Source of the DNA: Candidatus Latescibacterota bacterium
GTDB lineage: Bacteria > Latescibacterota > UBA2968
DNA length: 64,000 nt
Direction of reading: 5' to 3'
NCBI GenBank assembly: GCA_965198115.1
Contig: OZ240241.1
Span: forward strand, 3,904,001 to 3,968,000
The notes beneath the pieces are model-generated. The model worked only from the letters and a program-made list of their open reading frames with translations. It did not search any database and was not told the origin of the DNA. Shown here one piece after another: positions 10,398 through 21,469 of this stretch. Position 1 is the first letter of the stretch; every line of letters starts with the position of its first letter. A program made the translations under genes and the position numbers.

Positions 10398-11148
10398 GAT
10401 GGCCCGCGCTTACGCCCTGATCGGCGATCGTTATCACAACTCGCACTACATCCGGACGGCGCTCAAACGAACACTGGTCCAAGGCGTCGGGCTGACGATC
10501 GACTTTACGGACGACTACGAGGCGCTTGGCTCGGAAGCCCTCGATGGGTATGACTTGCTCATCATTTTCCGTGACGGGATGATCTGGCCAACCGGCTATG
10601 GGGAAACCGAGTTCTTCTCTCGAACCGGAGCGCTTCCTCTGACCAGCGATCCTCCGGTGCCCGAGGAAGAGGCATCGTCACGGCCCTGGATGACTGACGA
10701 ACAGGGTGCCGCGATCAAGACGTTCGTCGAGTCCGGTGGGGCGGCGCTGCTCTGTCACAACGTGACGTACATCGCGACGGACAACGCAGACTTCCGATCC
10801 GTCCTGGGCGCCGCGACTGAGGGACATCCGCCGGTCAGACCGTATCGCGTGGAGATTACGAACAAAGATCATCCCATCACGCGAGGTGCGAGCGATTTCG
10901 TGGTGACCGATGAGCAGCATTTCATGACGTATGACGGCGATCCTGACAATGTGCTGATGCGCAGCGTGAACGACGACGGCGAGGCGTTCAAGGACTTAGG
11001 TACGACGTGCGAAGCCGGATGGGCGTTCGACTATGGGAAAGGGCGGGTGTGTTACCTTGCGCCGGGTCACCTGATTCCGGTGCTGTGGAACCCGGAATTC
11101 GTGAAGATTCAGCAGAACGCGGTGCGCTGGCTTCTCCGTGAAATCTAA
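10390..11148 (+). CDS. ThuA-like (class I glutamine-amidotransferase-like) protein
   Basis: HPITRG, TDEQH, YGKGRVCYLAPGH, NAVRWL. Confidence 0.85.
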   Translation: MVEMARAYALIGDRYHNSHYIRTALKRTLVQGVGLTIDFTDDYEALGSEALDGYDLLIIFRDGMIWPTGYGETEFFSRTGALPLTSDPPVPEEEASSRPWMTDEQGAAIKTFVESGGAALLCHNVTYIATDNADFRSVLGAATEGHPPVRPYRVEITNKDHPITRGASDFVVTDEQHFMTYDGDPDNVLMRSVNDDGEAFKDLGTTCEAGWAFDYGKGRVCYLAPGHLIPVLWNPEFVKIQQNAVRWLLREI

Positions 11149-11272
11149 TTGCGTTTAGGCCTAGTCGAAGAAAACATAGCAGGGTCACTTCGAGCGGAGT
11201 CGAGAAGTCCCTCATAGACAGAATTCCAAACGGCTTGATCATTTGTACCACCTAGGTGAGTAGGAGAGTCCT

Positions 11273-12421
11273 TTGAAAATCACTGACATCAAGCCATATC
11301 CCGTGTGGGTGGGCCATCGCAACCAGACGATCGTGAAGATCGAGACGGACGAGGGGATCTACGGACTCGGGGAACCGGGCCTGTCGAGCCGAGAGCTGGC
11401 CGTTGTCGGCGCAATTAAACATTTCCGGGAGTTCCTCGTCGGACGCGATCCGAGGAATCCCGGTGCTTTATGGCAGGAAATGTATCGCAGCCAGTACTTC
11501 GAGGGCGGGCGCGTCCTGACAGCCGCGATTTCGGCGATCGACATCGCGCTTCACGACATCACGGCGAAGTCGCTCGGCGTTCCCGTCTACCAGCTGCTCG
11601 GGGGAAAGCATCGGGACGCCGTTCCGTGTTTCGCCACGTGCGAAATGCCGAGCACCGAGGCGCTGATCGAGAACGTGCGTCTGCTTTTGGACTCGGGCTG
11701 GAACGTGATTCGGTCGAACTGGGCGCACACACACGAAGGGGACATCTTCGAGCCGCGAGAGTCGCTCGCGCTGACGGCCGAGCGGCTTACCGCCCTGCGC
11801 GCGGAAGTGGGATCGGGGCCCGTCCTGGGCATCGATTATCACCACCGCCTATCGGTAGCGGAGGCGGCGTCCTTCTGCCAGCGCATGCCGCCGGGTACGT
11901 TGGATTTCCTCGAAGAGCCGATTCGGGACGAAACACCGGAGGCGTACGAGTCTCTGCGGACGATGACGGACATTCCGTTCGCGATCGGAGAGGAGTTCGC
12001 CAGCAAGTGGCAGTTCGCCCCCTATCTCGAGCGGGGTATCACGAACTTTGCCCGCCTGGACCTCTGCAACGTCGGCGGCTTCACTGAGTCGATGAAGGTC
12101 GCAGCCATGGCGGAGACGCATTACATCGATCTGATGCCTCATAACCCGCTCGGACCGATCTGCACTGCGGCAACGGTCCACCTGGCGGCGGCCGTTCCGA
12201 ACTTCGCCTGGTTGGAGCACCGCGTGTCGCCGACGGAAAAGCGCGACTTGAACTTCGACCTGTATCCTCAGCAGCTTCAGGCGGAGGGAGACCGGATACG
12301 CGTCCCGGATACGCCGGGTCTCGGCGTCGACTTCAACGAGGAGCTGGCCAAAGAGAAGCCGTTCCAATTCTGGGAGGCGCCGCACCTGAGGCGCACGGAC
12401 GGTTCCCGCACGAACTGGTAG
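11273..12421 (+). CDS. Mandelate racemase/enolase superfamily dehydratase
   Basis: SAIDIALHDI, DYHHR, LEEP, GEE, PHNPLGP. Confidence 0.9.
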   Translation: MKITDIKPYPVWVGHRNQTIVKIETDEGIYGLGEPGLSSRELAVVGAIKHFREFLVGRDPRNPGALWQEMYRSQYFEGGRVLTAAISAIDIALHDITAKSLGVPVYQLLGGKHRDAVPCFATCEMPSTEALIENVRLLLDSGWNVIRSNWAHTHEGDIFEPRESLALTAERLTALRAEVGSGPVLGIDYHHRLSVAEAASFCQRMPPGTLDFLEEPIRDETPEAYESLRTMTDIPFAIGEEFASKWQFAPYLERGITNFARLDLCNVGGFTESMKVAAMAETHYIDLMPHNPLGPICTAATVHLAAAVPNFAWLEHRVSPTEKRDLNFDLYPQQLQAEGDRIRVPDTPGLGVDFNEELAKEKPFQFWEAPHLRRTDGSRTNW

Positions 12422-12428
12422 GGATGAC

Positions 12429-13196
12429 ATGCTGACAGTGGAACAGAAGCAGCACTTCGTGACGGAAGGCTATGTTCAGGTTCCGGGAGCGATTCCCGCG
12501 GAGATGATCGAGACGGCGCGTCGGGCCGTGAACCACTCGATCGGGACCGTGGGGTTAGGCGGAGAGAATCCCGACGGACATCGATCCGCGTTCTTCTGTG
12601 CCGAGCTGCTGGATGCGCCCGTCATCACGGACCTATACAACCGATCGCCGGTGATGCAGATCGCCGAGTCGCTGATGGGGGAGGGCAACGTTCAGCCCGT
12701 CGAGCGTGCGAAGCCGTATCCACGTTTCCCGCTGCCCCTCGGGGAGGAACCGGAGGAGTTTCGCGGACACCTAGATGGCATCGGCAACGGGTCGAACGGA
12801 ACGGCGAAGGGCGATTACAAGCGGGGCTTCACGGCCTTCGCGGTCATCTATCTGGCCGACGTCCCGAAACCGAACAGCGGGAACTTCACGGTTTGCCCGA
12901 GGTCGCACACGTTCTTTGCCGAGTACTTTCGGCGTGAAGGGCACGAGGTATTGAAAAACGGAATGCCGCGCCCCGAGCTGCCAGAATCACCTGTCATGAT
13001 CACGGGTAAGGCGGGGGACCTGGTGATCGCTCATCACCAGGTCGTACACGGGGCGTGTGCAAATGTTTCGGGGGATGTGCGCCTGGCGGTCATTACGCGG
13101 CTTCGCCACATCGACGTGGAGGCGGTTGGCAAGGACGCCTACGTCGACATCTGGCGAGAGTGGCCGGGTGTCCGCGATCTGTTGGAGGCGTCGTAA
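12429..13196 (+). CDS. PhyH family dioxygenase
   Basis: LTVEQKQHFVTEGY, HLDG, GKAGDLVIAHHQVVHG. Confidence 0.85.
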   Translation: MLTVEQKQHFVTEGYVQVPGAIPAEMIETARRAVNHSIGTVGLGGENPDGHRSAFFCAELLDAPVITDLYNRSPVMQIAESLMGEGNVQPVERAKPYPRFPLPLGEEPEEFRGHLDGIGNGSNGTAKGDYKRGFTAFAVIYLADVPKPNSGNFTVCPRSHTFFAEYFRREGHEVLKNGMPRPELPESPVMITGKAGDLVIAHHQVVHGACANVSGDVRLAVITRLRHIDVEAVGKDAYVDIWREWPGVRDLLEAS

Positions 13197-13200
13197 AGGG

Positions 13201-14139
13201 ATGGGGCTTCCGACCCGCCGCCTCGGTCGTACGGGGATGACGCCGGCCTGCCTGGGCCTCGGCGGGGCCTGGTGGGGTTCATCGACCGAAGAAGAGACGA
13301 TCGCAGGGATCGACAAGGCCCTCGACCTGGGTATCAACTTCTTTGACACGTACCCAGGGCAGAACGAAGACCGCTGGGGAAAGGCACTGTCGGGTGGACG
13401 ACGGGAGCAGGTCTACCTTCAGGGCAAGGTGAGCAGTCACGTTCGCAACGAGATGACGTCCGACCACACGGCGGGCGCAACGCGGAGGAGCATCGAGAAC
13501 AGCTTACGCTGTTTCGGGACCGACTATCTGGACTCGGTCCTTATCCACGGCTATGACGAGCCCGATATATTTCTCAAGGACGAGACGGACTTCGTCGATC
13601 CGCTCGCACCGGGTTGTGCGCTGGACGAGTTGATCAAGCTGCGCGATGAGGGCAAGATCAGACACATCGGTATCGGGGCGCGTAGCGCCGAGGTGATCAA
13701 GCGCGCAATCGACACCGGTGAGATCGAGCTCGTCCTGACCTATCTGGAGTACAACCTGCTCACACAAGCGGCTGCGAACGACTTCTTCCCACAGTGTCGG
13801 GAAAAGGATGTCGGTGTCATACTCGCCAGTCCGCTGGGGATGGGACTGCTGACGGGCCGACCCGTCGACGAAGGTGACGAGCTTCGTAAGATCCGCGATG
13901 CGGAGGAGCCGAGAGCTGGGACGATGCTGGCGTGGTGCGTAGAGCGCGATCTGGACATTCGCCATCTTGCGATTCGGTACTGTCTGAATGCAGACGTCGA
14001 GAGCATCGTGCTGCCCGGTCAGGCGAGTGCCGAGGAAGTCACTGGGACCTACGAGGCTGCGACCGCAGACATTCCGCGGCCGGTGTGGCAGGAATTCGGG
14101 GAGTTGTTCGACGTAGATATTGCCGGGCTGGGCGAGTAA
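13201..14139 (+). CDS. Aldo/keto reductase
   Basis: RRLGRTG, GINFFDT, TDYLD, GKIRHIGIG, SPLGMGLLTG. Confidence 0.9.
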   Translation: MGLPTRRLGRTGMTPACLGLGGAWWGSSTEEETIAGIDKALDLGINFFDTYPGQNEDRWGKALSGGRREQVYLQGKVSSHVRNEMTSDHTAGATRRSIENSLRCFGTDYLDSVLIHGYDEPDIFLKDETDFVDPLAPGCALDELIKLRDEGKIRHIGIGARSAEVIKRAIDTGEIELVLTYLEYNLLTQAAANDFFPQCREKDVGVILASPLGMGLLTGRPVDEGDELRKIRDAEEPRAGTMLAWCVERDLDIRHLAIRYCLNADVESIVLPGQASAEEVTGTYEAATADIPRPVWQEFGELFDVDIAGLGE

Positions 14140-14170
14140 CTGTCGAACTTTTTGACGAAAATCGAAGGAG

Positions 14171-15043
14171 ATGGCTACCGTGGATGCGAAAGAACGCTAC
14201 TATTGGGATCTGACTGGATACCTGATCGTACCCCAGGTCTTGTCCAAGGATGAGGTGTCCGAAATCAACAGGACCCTTGATTACGTGATCACGTCGGGCG
14301 CGGTCAAGGAGGAGGAGAGTGGGGCTAGAGATTCGACCTTCCTGAAGGGTGCGAACAACCGATGGATGCAAGACCTCAACCTGTTCGACTTGCCAGGGTC
14401 CTACTCCAATCCGATCCGACAGCTTCTTGCACATCCGCAGGTGGTCCACAGACTCAAGACGATGTGCGGGTCGGGATTCAGGCTCGATCACGGGCCCCAG
14501 TTCAACAATGCGGTCAAAGGGTCTCAGGGTCTGATCCTGCACGGAGCAGGCGCTCCGCACGGCGAGCACGTTGCCTACCATCACCAGGCGGGGGAGATGT
14601 ACTGCGGCGGCGTGACGGTGACGTGGAATCTGAACGATTGTCCGGCTGGAGGGGGCGGTTTCGCTGCTGCCCCCGGATCGCACAAGTCGGATTTCCCGTT
14701 GCCCAAAGGCGTTCGGAACTGCGATGACGATGGGGGGGCGGTTGTCCAGCCTGAGATACGTGCTGGAGACTGCTTCTTTTTCATGGATGGGGCTCAGACG
14801 CACGGCACGCACCCGTGGCGCAACGATCACGACCGGCGATCGATCCTATTCAAGTACGCTTCGCGTACGTCCATACGAAGTGGTCGAAACTTCATCGATC
14901 CGAAAAACTATTGGGGGGGCACGACCGTTGAAGGAATGACGCCGGCTGAGAAAGCGGTCATGTACGGACCTGCTTCGGGAGTCAACAGGCGACCGATGAC
15001 ACTGGATGTTCGAGAAGACGGCAAAGTGTCAACGGACCTATAG
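14171..15043 (+). CDS. PhyH family dioxygenase
   Basis: WDLTGYLIV, PGSHK, AGDCFFFM...THGT, RRSILFKY. Confidence 0.85.
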   Translation: MATVDAKERYYWDLTGYLIVPQVLSKDEVSEINRTLDYVITSGAVKEEESGARDSTFLKGANNRWMQDLNLFDLPGSYSNPIRQLLAHPQVVHRLKTMCGSGFRLDHGPQFNNAVKGSQGLILHGAGAPHGEHVAYHHQAGEMYCGGVTVTWNLNDCPAGGGGFAAAPGSHKSDFPLPKGVRNCDDDGGAVVQPEIRAGDCFFFMDGAQTHGTHPWRNDHDRRSILFKYASRTSIRSGRNFIDPKNYWGGTTVEGMTPAEKAVMYGPASGVNRRPMTLDVREDGKVSTDL

Positions 15044-15055
15044 ACTGGGAGATGC

Positions 15056-15375
15056 GTGGATTCGAAGGAGCGTTACTTCTGGGACCTGACGGGTTTTCTG
15101 ATCGTGCGAAAATGATGGTGGGGCTGGATCATCGACCTTCCTTAAAGGTGAGCGGAACCGGTGGGCCCACGGTGTCAACTTGCTGGATCTGCCAGGCGAC
15201 CACTCGGTTCCGATTCGCACGCTGCTAATTTCAGGGCCGATCTGAACCTCAATCTGATCGTAGAGGAGGACGGCCGCGTCGTGACCGAAGCAGGCGAGGG
15301 ATCCGTCCCACCGGTGCCGCTCGATCCCCAGGAAGGTCGAACCGTTCGTCGAAGTCCAACCGTTGGAAAGAAATC
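15056..15375 (+). pseudogene. Collapsed paralog of the preceding PhyH gene (two internal deletions)
   Basis: VDSKERYFWDLTGFLIV / STFLKGERNRW...LLDLPG..PIRTLL / VEEDGRV match the start, early middle and end of 14171-15043. Confidence 0.8.
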
Positions 15376-16392
15376 GTGAGCACGCGACCCAAGGTTCTGC
15401 TGAATACGTATGGCCGGAAGATCGATCACATCTTTCACCCGGACGATTTCGCGCGACTCGAGGCGATAGCCGATCTCGTTTGGGCAAAGGATGAAGAGGC
15501 GCCTGCCGAGGTCATCGAAGAGGTGCGCGAAGATCTGTTCGCGATGATCACCGGCGGATGGACGTATGGAGACGTCGGGCGCTTCCCAAACCTGAAGGCG
15601 ATTCTGACGTCGAGGGGCCAGTTCCCGACACCGAGCGAGCTGGATTACGCCGCGTGCTTTACCCGCGGCGTTCGCGTATTGTGTTGTGCCTCGGCTTACG
15701 GGCCCGTTGTGGCGGAAATGGCATTGGGACTCGCCTTGTGTGTGGCAAGACGCATCGCCTGGAACGACGCAGACTTCCGCGAAGGAAAGGGCCACTGGAG
15801 TCACCGGGAATCCAAGGGCGAATATTCGATCTTCGGCCTTCAGGCGGGACTGATCGGTTTCGGTTCCCTCGGTCGGGGCCTCAAGCCGCTCCTCGAAGCG
15901 TTCGGCTGTCGGATCCAGGTCTACGATCCGTGGATGACGGACGCGTATCTCGAGTCCCAGGGCGTCACGCCTATCGATATTGACACGCTCCTGTCCACCT
16001 CTCGTCTGATCTTCGTGTTGGCCACACCGAGCTCATCCAACCGTGCGTTCCTGGATCGAGAGAAGCTGGAGAGAATCCTGCCAGGCTCGGCCTTCATTCT
16101 GGTCAGCCGCTCGCACGTCCTCGATTTCGACGCTCTGACGGAGTTCGTCAGCGAGGGACGATTCTCGGCGGGCATCGATGTGTATCCTGAGGAGCCCGTT
16201 CCCAAGGATCACCCGATTCGCCGTGCGCCGAACGTGGTCTTCACGCCGCACCGTGCCGGGGGGAATCCGGAAGTCTACTGGCACCTCGGTCGGATGGTCG
16301 CCAACGATCTCGAGGCCCTGGTTCAGGGTCTGCCGCCGCGCGAACTGCAGCCGGCCGATCCGGCCTACCTCGAGCTGAAGGGCGAGCCCTGA
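15376..16392 (+). CDS. D-isomer-specific 2-hydroxyacid dehydrogenase
   Basis: GLIGFGSLG, YDPW, AGIDVYPEEP, TPHRAG. Confidence 0.9.
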   Translation: MSTRPKVLLNTYGRKIDHIFHPDDFARLEAIADLVWAKDEEAPAEVIEEVREDLFAMITGGWTYGDVGRFPNLKAILTSRGQFPTPSELDYAACFTRGVRVLCCASAYGPVVAEMALGLALCVARRIAWNDADFREGKGHWSHRESKGEYSIFGLQAGLIGFGSLGRGLKPLLEAFGCRIQVYDPWMTDAYLESQGVTPIDIDTLLSTSRLIFVLATPSSSNRAFLDREKLERILPGSAFILVSRSHVLDFDALTEFVSEGRFSAGIDVYPEEPVPKDHPIRRAPNVVFTPHRAGGNPEVYWHLGRMVANDLEALVQGLPPRELQPADPAYLELKGEP

Positions 16393-16394
16393 TC

Positions 16395-17380
16395 ATGTCA
16401 CGCAGGATCCTGCTCAACCCTTATGCAAGAACTATTGAGCTTCTCTTCAGGCCGGAGGACTTCGATCGTCTCCGGTCGGCCGCAGATCTGGTCTGGGCAA
16501 AGAACGAAAAGAGTCGGCGAGAGAGGATCTCTTCGGGATCGTGACGGGGCGTTGGTCCTACGGGGACGTGAACCGCTTTCCGAATCTGAAGGTGATCGCA
16601 GAAACGAGCGGCGGATTCCCCTCGCCGGAGGTACTCGATTACGCCGCCTGTTTCTCGCGGGGAATCCGGGTGTTGAGCTGCGCCCCCGCCTTCGGTCCTA
16701 CAGTGGCCGAGATGGGGCTTGGCCTCGCCCTCGCGGTCTCGAGACAGATCGTATGGTATGATGCGTCCATTAAGCGGGGTGAATGGCACCTTCCGGATAC
16801 GAGGCACGAGCGCTCGATCTACGGACTGCAAGCCGGGTTCATTGGCTTCGGGAGCCTGGCACGTTGCCTGAAGCTGTTGCTCGAACCGTTCGGCTGCCCG
16901 ATCCAGGCCAACGATCCCTGGATGACCGACGCGTATCTCGAGAGCCAGGGTGTGACGCCCGTCGATCTCGAAACACTTCTCTCGACGTCGAAGCTCATCT
17001 TCGTTCTTGCAACTCCTACTGGTTCGAATCGGGAACAGATCGGGCGTGAGCTACTCGAAAAGATCCGATCCGATGCGATCTTCCTTCTGCTCAGCCGGTC
17101 GCACGTCGTCGATTTCGACGCGCTTACGGACCTGCTGCTCGAAGGTCGGTTCCGCGCAGGCATCGACGTCTATCCGAAAGAGCCACTGCCTTTGGATCAT
17201 CCGATCCGAAACGCTCCGAACGTCGTTTTTTCCACCCACCGAGCAGGCGCCATTCAGGAAGCGTTTCACGATATCGGCCGCATCGTCACGAACGATATCG
17301 TGGCCGTGGTGAATGGGTTGCTCCCTCGGGAGATGCAGGTCGCGGATCCGGCGTATATCGATCTGAGAGGTGTGAGGTGA
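16395..17380 (+). pseudogene. Tandem 2-hydroxyacid dehydrogenase paralog with small frameshifting deletion near 16510-16525
   Basis: ATG 16395 MSRRILLNPY...LVWAKNE is out of frame with 16541-17380; the segment equivalent to EAPAEVIEEV of the paralog is missing. Confidence 0.75.
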
Positions 17381-17507
17381 GACACTGCAACACGCACACA
17401 CCGTCACACTGAGCAGAAGCCTGCCCCGAACGGATGTGAGGGGAAGTGTCGGTCATCGGGTGGTGAGGTCTAACATCGGTCTTCAGCCATCTGCATCGAA
17501 ACAACTC

Positions 17508-18542
17508 CTACTGCCCGTGGGCTAGTATCCGCTCTCTCACACTCTTCACCCATCCTTCCTCTTCGTCAGCATCCAGCTTCCCATCCCCATCCTGATCCCA
17601 CCGCTCCAGTACGCGTTTCCAACCATTGCTCGTGAGGAGGTTTCCTCGAGGCAGGATTCCGCGGTATCTGAGGACGCGCGTGGAGTTCGGTTGACCCTCG
17701 ATGGCCTCCCGCATCTCCCGACGACTCCACTCCGGGATGGGCACACCATCGTGTTCGAGCAACGTCTCGAACCAGAGTTGGGCCATGATTTCGATGCCGA
17801 TCGAGCCGGGATGCCGGCCGTCCAGGTCGAAGGCTTTTGGGAAGTGCACTCGTGTCGGCTCCCACACGTCGGGCCCTTCGTTGACGTTCGATGGATTTCG
17901 ATCCAGATAGGCCTCCAGGGCCAGGCGCTCGTGACCGATCTCCGGCTCCATTGGATGTTTGTAGATATGCATCGCGATGAAAACCTTGTCGGCTCCGTCG
18001 GTTAGGAGGTGATCAGCGTAGGATACGATGACGTCTGCACCGAACTGGATGCGCTCGGCATCGTCTGGACTGCGAATCCCCTCGGTTTGTTCCCCATATA
18101 CCCACTGTAAGGATTGCTGGGCCAAAACGACTGCGGGTCGCTCGCCCTTCGAGGCGAGGGCGGGCTGAATTCGCTCGATCCACGCATTCTTACGCTATCT
18201 GGACTCGATGTCCATCCACTTGGCGATGGGTGTACCGCCGCGGAGAGCCAGTTTGACCTCGAGCGGGTGGTTCTCACCCAAAAAGCGATCGAGTTTGCGT
18301 TTAAACAGATGCGGCCAATGATTGGATGTCGAATACCCGTTGACGACGATCAATCGGGGTTCGCCCGAGAAAATTCTGAGAGGTGTAACGGTCTCTGTAG
18401 CAGAGGTAGAAGCCGTTGCGAGCAGAAGCGGAATCAGTTTCCTCGGTAATGTCAGGAGTCTCCCGAATGAGACACAACAGGGTCTGCACACCGATGCCTT
18501 CTTGCCTTCCGTGCTCTTTGCGGATATCGTGTTTGGGACCAT
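17508..18542 (-). pseudogene. SGNH/GDSL-like hydrolase with C-terminal EF-hand, split by in-frame TAG at 18195-18197 (start uncertain)
   Basis: NGYSTS block-I-like, DGRHP block-V-like, DQDGDGKLDADE; the two ORFs are in frame across one TAG. Confidence 0.6.
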
Positions 18543-18613
18543 CGCAGCGCTCCCGAACGGCTTGTTGTGGATTGATCCACGTATAAGTAGATGGTTTTAC
18601 CTGGAGAAGCCTA

Positions 18614-19873
18614 ATGGCACGGGACGGAAAGCAAAACATCATTCTCATCCTGGCGGACGATCTGGGATACGAGTGTCTTGGATGCTATGGTGGGAAGTCG
18701 TATCAGACACCGAACCTCGACGGGATGGCGGAACACGGTGTGCGGTTCAACCACGCCTATTCGCTTCCGCTGTGTACGCCGACGCGGGTCGCTTTGATGA
18801 CAGGGAAGTATAACTTCCGGAATTGGAAGGCGTTCGGTGTGTTCGACCCGGAAGAGAAGACGTTCGGACACTACATGCAGGATGCGGGATACGCGACGTG
18901 CATAACCGGCAAGTGGCAGATGTGGAGCTACAATCCACCGGATTTCGAGCCCGAGTGGCGTGGCAAGGGGATGCTGGCAGAAGATGCGGGATTCGACGAG
19001 TACTTCTTCTGGCATACGGGACATACCGAAGACAAAGGATCACGCTACGCGGATCCTGTGATTCTGAACAATGGTGAATTCATGGAGGATACCGAGGGTC
19101 AGTATGGGCCCGACCTGTTCACGGGCTACCTCCTGGACTTTGCGTCGAGACACAAGGATGAGCCGTTCTTCATTTACTATCCTATGGCTCTCACTCACGG
19201 TCCGTTCACGCCGACACCCGACAGTGCGGGGTGGGCGGGAGACCGTCATAAGAACGATGTCGCCAACTTCGGTGATATGGTGGAGTACACGGATAAACTG
19301 ATCGGTTACATCCTCGAGGGGTTGGAGGAGCTCGGATTGAGCGAAGACACGATCGTCATGTTCATCGGTGATAATGGTTCACCGCGCGAAGTGACCTCGA
19401 TGCTGGGCGAAAGACCTTTCGGCGGCGGAAAAGGTGAGACGACGGACGCGGGTACGCGCGTGCCGTTCGTCAGCACCTGGGGGGATCGAGCTGCGGGAAC
19501 GGTGTGTGACGATCTGATCGATCTGACCGATTTCCTGCCGACGATGATGCAGGCGGCGCGGGTGAGTATGCCCGAAAGCGTAGTATGTGACGGGAGATCG
19601 TTCCTTCCTCAGCTGATCGGTGACGAGGGTGATCCGAGGGACTGGATCTACCAGTGGCACAACCCGCTCCCAGGTCAAGGGAAGACCCGTTACCGACTTC
19701 AGGAGTGGGCACAGGACCAACGGTGGAAGCTGTATGACGATGGTCGGCTCTACGATCTCGTCGCAGACGATCTGGAGGAGAGCCCGATCGAAAGACGGGC
19801 GAGTGAAGAGGCCGATGACGTGCGCGAGAAGCTCGAAATCGTCCTCGACCACTTTAAGCAGCAACAAAGTTAA
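18614..19873 (+). CDS. Sulfatase (arylsulfatase A-like)
   Basis: NIILILADDLG, CTPTRVALMTG, GKWQ, GDNG. Confidence 0.95.
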   Translation: MARDGKQNIILILADDLGYECLGCYGGKSYQTPNLDGMAEHGVRFNHAYSLPLCTPTRVALMTGKYNFRNWKAFGVFDPEEKTFGHYMQDAGYATCITGKWQMWSYNPPDFEPEWRGKGMLAEDAGFDEYFFWHTGHTEDKGSRYADPVILNNGEFMEDTEGQYGPDLFTGYLLDFASRHKDEPFFIYYPMALTHGPFTPTPDSAGWAGDRHKNDVANFGDMVEYTDKLIGYILEGLEELGLSEDTIVMFIGDNGSPREVTSMLGERPFGGGKGETTDAGTRVPFVSTWGDRAAGTVCDDLIDLTDFLPTMMQAARVSMPESVVCDGRSFLPQLIGDEGDPRDWIYQWHNPLPGQGKTRYRLQEWAQDQRWKLYDDGRLYDLVADDLEESPIERRASEEADDVREKLEIVLDHFKQQQS

Positions 19874-19874
19874 T

Positions 19875-20435
19875 GTGGCGCTGTCGTTTTCACCGCTGAC
19901 GCCTGACCGCTGGCCGGATCTCGAGGCGCTGTTCGGGAAGAGCGGGGCGTATGGCGGTTGCTGGTGTATGTGGTGGCGGCTGAAGCGGAAAGAGTTCGAA
20001 TCAAACGGCTCCAGGGGAAACCGCAGCGCCTTCAAGCAGATCGTCGCCCAGGGAGAAGTGGCGGGGATTCTCGGATACGAAGACAGTGATCCGGTCGGTT
20101 GGTGTTCAGTCGCGCCCAGAGAACAGTTCGGTGCTTTGGAGCGGTCACCCGTGCTCAAGCGAATCGATGACGAGCCCGTGTGGTCGCTCGTCTGTCTGTA
20201 CGTGAAGAAGGAGCGGCGTGGCGGCGGTGTCGCGATGGAAATGATCGGTGGGGCGATCGACTATGTCCGCAAGCAGGGTGGGGGGATCGTCGAGGCCTAT
20301 CCGCATCGCGGGACTGGAGAGCTCGAAGCGGTATCCAGTTATATGGGGACCGTGGAGATGTTCACGAGGATGGGATTCGAGCAGGTGGCAGAGCCTTCGA
20401 AGGCGAAGGCCATTGTGAGGATGAACGTTTCATGA
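19875..20435 (+). CDS. GNAT family N-acetyltransferase
   Basis: CWCMWWR, GWCSVAPRE, RRGGGVA, VEAYP. Confidence 0.85.
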   Translation: MALSFSPLTPDRWPDLEALFGKSGAYGGCWCMWWRLKRKEFESNGSRGNRSAFKQIVAQGEVAGILGYEDSDPVGWCSVAPREQFGALERSPVLKRIDDEPVWSLVCLYVKKERRGGGVAMEMIGGAIDYVRKQGGGIVEAYPHRGTGELEAVSSYMGTVEMFTRMGFEQVAEPSKAKAIVRMNVS

Positions 20436-21469
20436 TCAACGCAGCCGTTGTCGGGTACGGGTACTCCGGTAGAGCTTACCAATCTTATCTGATTAGACTG
20501 GCGGACGGACTACGACTCCACGCGGTAAGCACGCGAGACGAAGGGCGTCAGGCTGAAGCGCGGGAGAACCATCCGGAAACGAAGATCTACTCCAATTTCG
20601 AAGCGTTGCTCGAGGATGACGACGTGGACCTGGTGGTGCTCGCGACCCCCCACAACGTCCATTGCGAGCAAGCCATTCACGCGATGAACGCGGGAAAGCA
20701 CCTGGTCACCGACAAGATCATGTGCATGAATGCCGCCGAAGCCGAACAGATGATCGCGGCTCGTGACCGCAACAATGTCCTTCTGTCGGTTTTCCACAAT
20801 CGTCGGTGGGATTGGGACTACTTGACGGTTCGGAAGGCAATCGAGGATGGTCTGCTGGGCCAGCCCTACCTGTTCAAGGTTGGGATCATGCGCTACGGCT
20901 GTCCGAGGGGATGGCGCGGCAGCCTCGAGCAGAGCGGCGGGATCCTGTTCGACTGGCCCGCTCACTTCGTCGATCAGGCCCTGATGGTGGTGGACTCGCC
21001 CGTAGAGTCGGTCTACTGCGACGTCATTTACGGAGACCATTGGCCGATCGACATCGGAAACTACGGCTCGATCTTCCTTCGCTTCGCGAACGACGTTCGC
21101 TACCAGATCGAGATCGGTAATCTCTCGGCGATCGGAATACCCCGATGGTTCGTGGCTGGTGATCTCGGGACGCTGTCGAAACCGGGGCTGGATCCGCAGG
21201 AACCCTTCCTGCGGCTTGGCTTGATCGAGGATGCGAAGGAACCGCCCGAGGACCGCGCTCGGGTTGCGAGCCATCGAAACGGCGAACCCGAAGAACTGAT
21301 CCTGGACAGCGTTCGGGGGTCGTGGAAAGATTATTACCAGAACATTTCGGATGTGCTGAACGAAGGGGCCGACCTCCTCGTGACACCGGAGCAGGTGCTG
21401 AAGGCGATGCAGGTCTACGACGCGGCGATGGCCTCTGCCGAGTCGGGGCAAACCGTCTCGCTAGACTGA
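20432..21469 (+). CDS. Gfo/Idh/MocA oxidoreductase (IolW/YdgJ-like)
   Basis: VVGYGYSG, LATPHNVH, FHNRRWD, GLDPQE. Confidence 0.9.
   Translation: MINAAVVGYGYSGRAYQSYLIRLADGLRLHAVSTRDEGRQAEARENHPETKIYSNFEALLEDDDVDLVVLATPHNVHCEQAIHAMNAGKHLVTDKIMCMNAAEAEQMIAARDRNNVLLSVFHNRRWDWDYLTVRKAIEDGLLGQPYLFKVGIMRYGCPRGWRGSLEQSGGILFDWPAHFVDQALMVVDSPVESVYCDVIYGDHWPIDIGNYGSIFLRFANDVRYQIEIGNLSAIGIPRWFVAGDLGTLSKPGLDPQEPFLRLGLIEDAKEPPEDRARVASHRNGEPEELILDSVRGSWKDYYQNISDVLNEGADLLVTPEQVLKAMQVYDAAMASAESGQTVSLD

Noticed and set aside
18195-18197. Pyrrolysine or recoded TAG
   Set aside because: TAG ends many ordinary genes here (e.g. 1563, 2366, 12421) and no pyl genes are in view.
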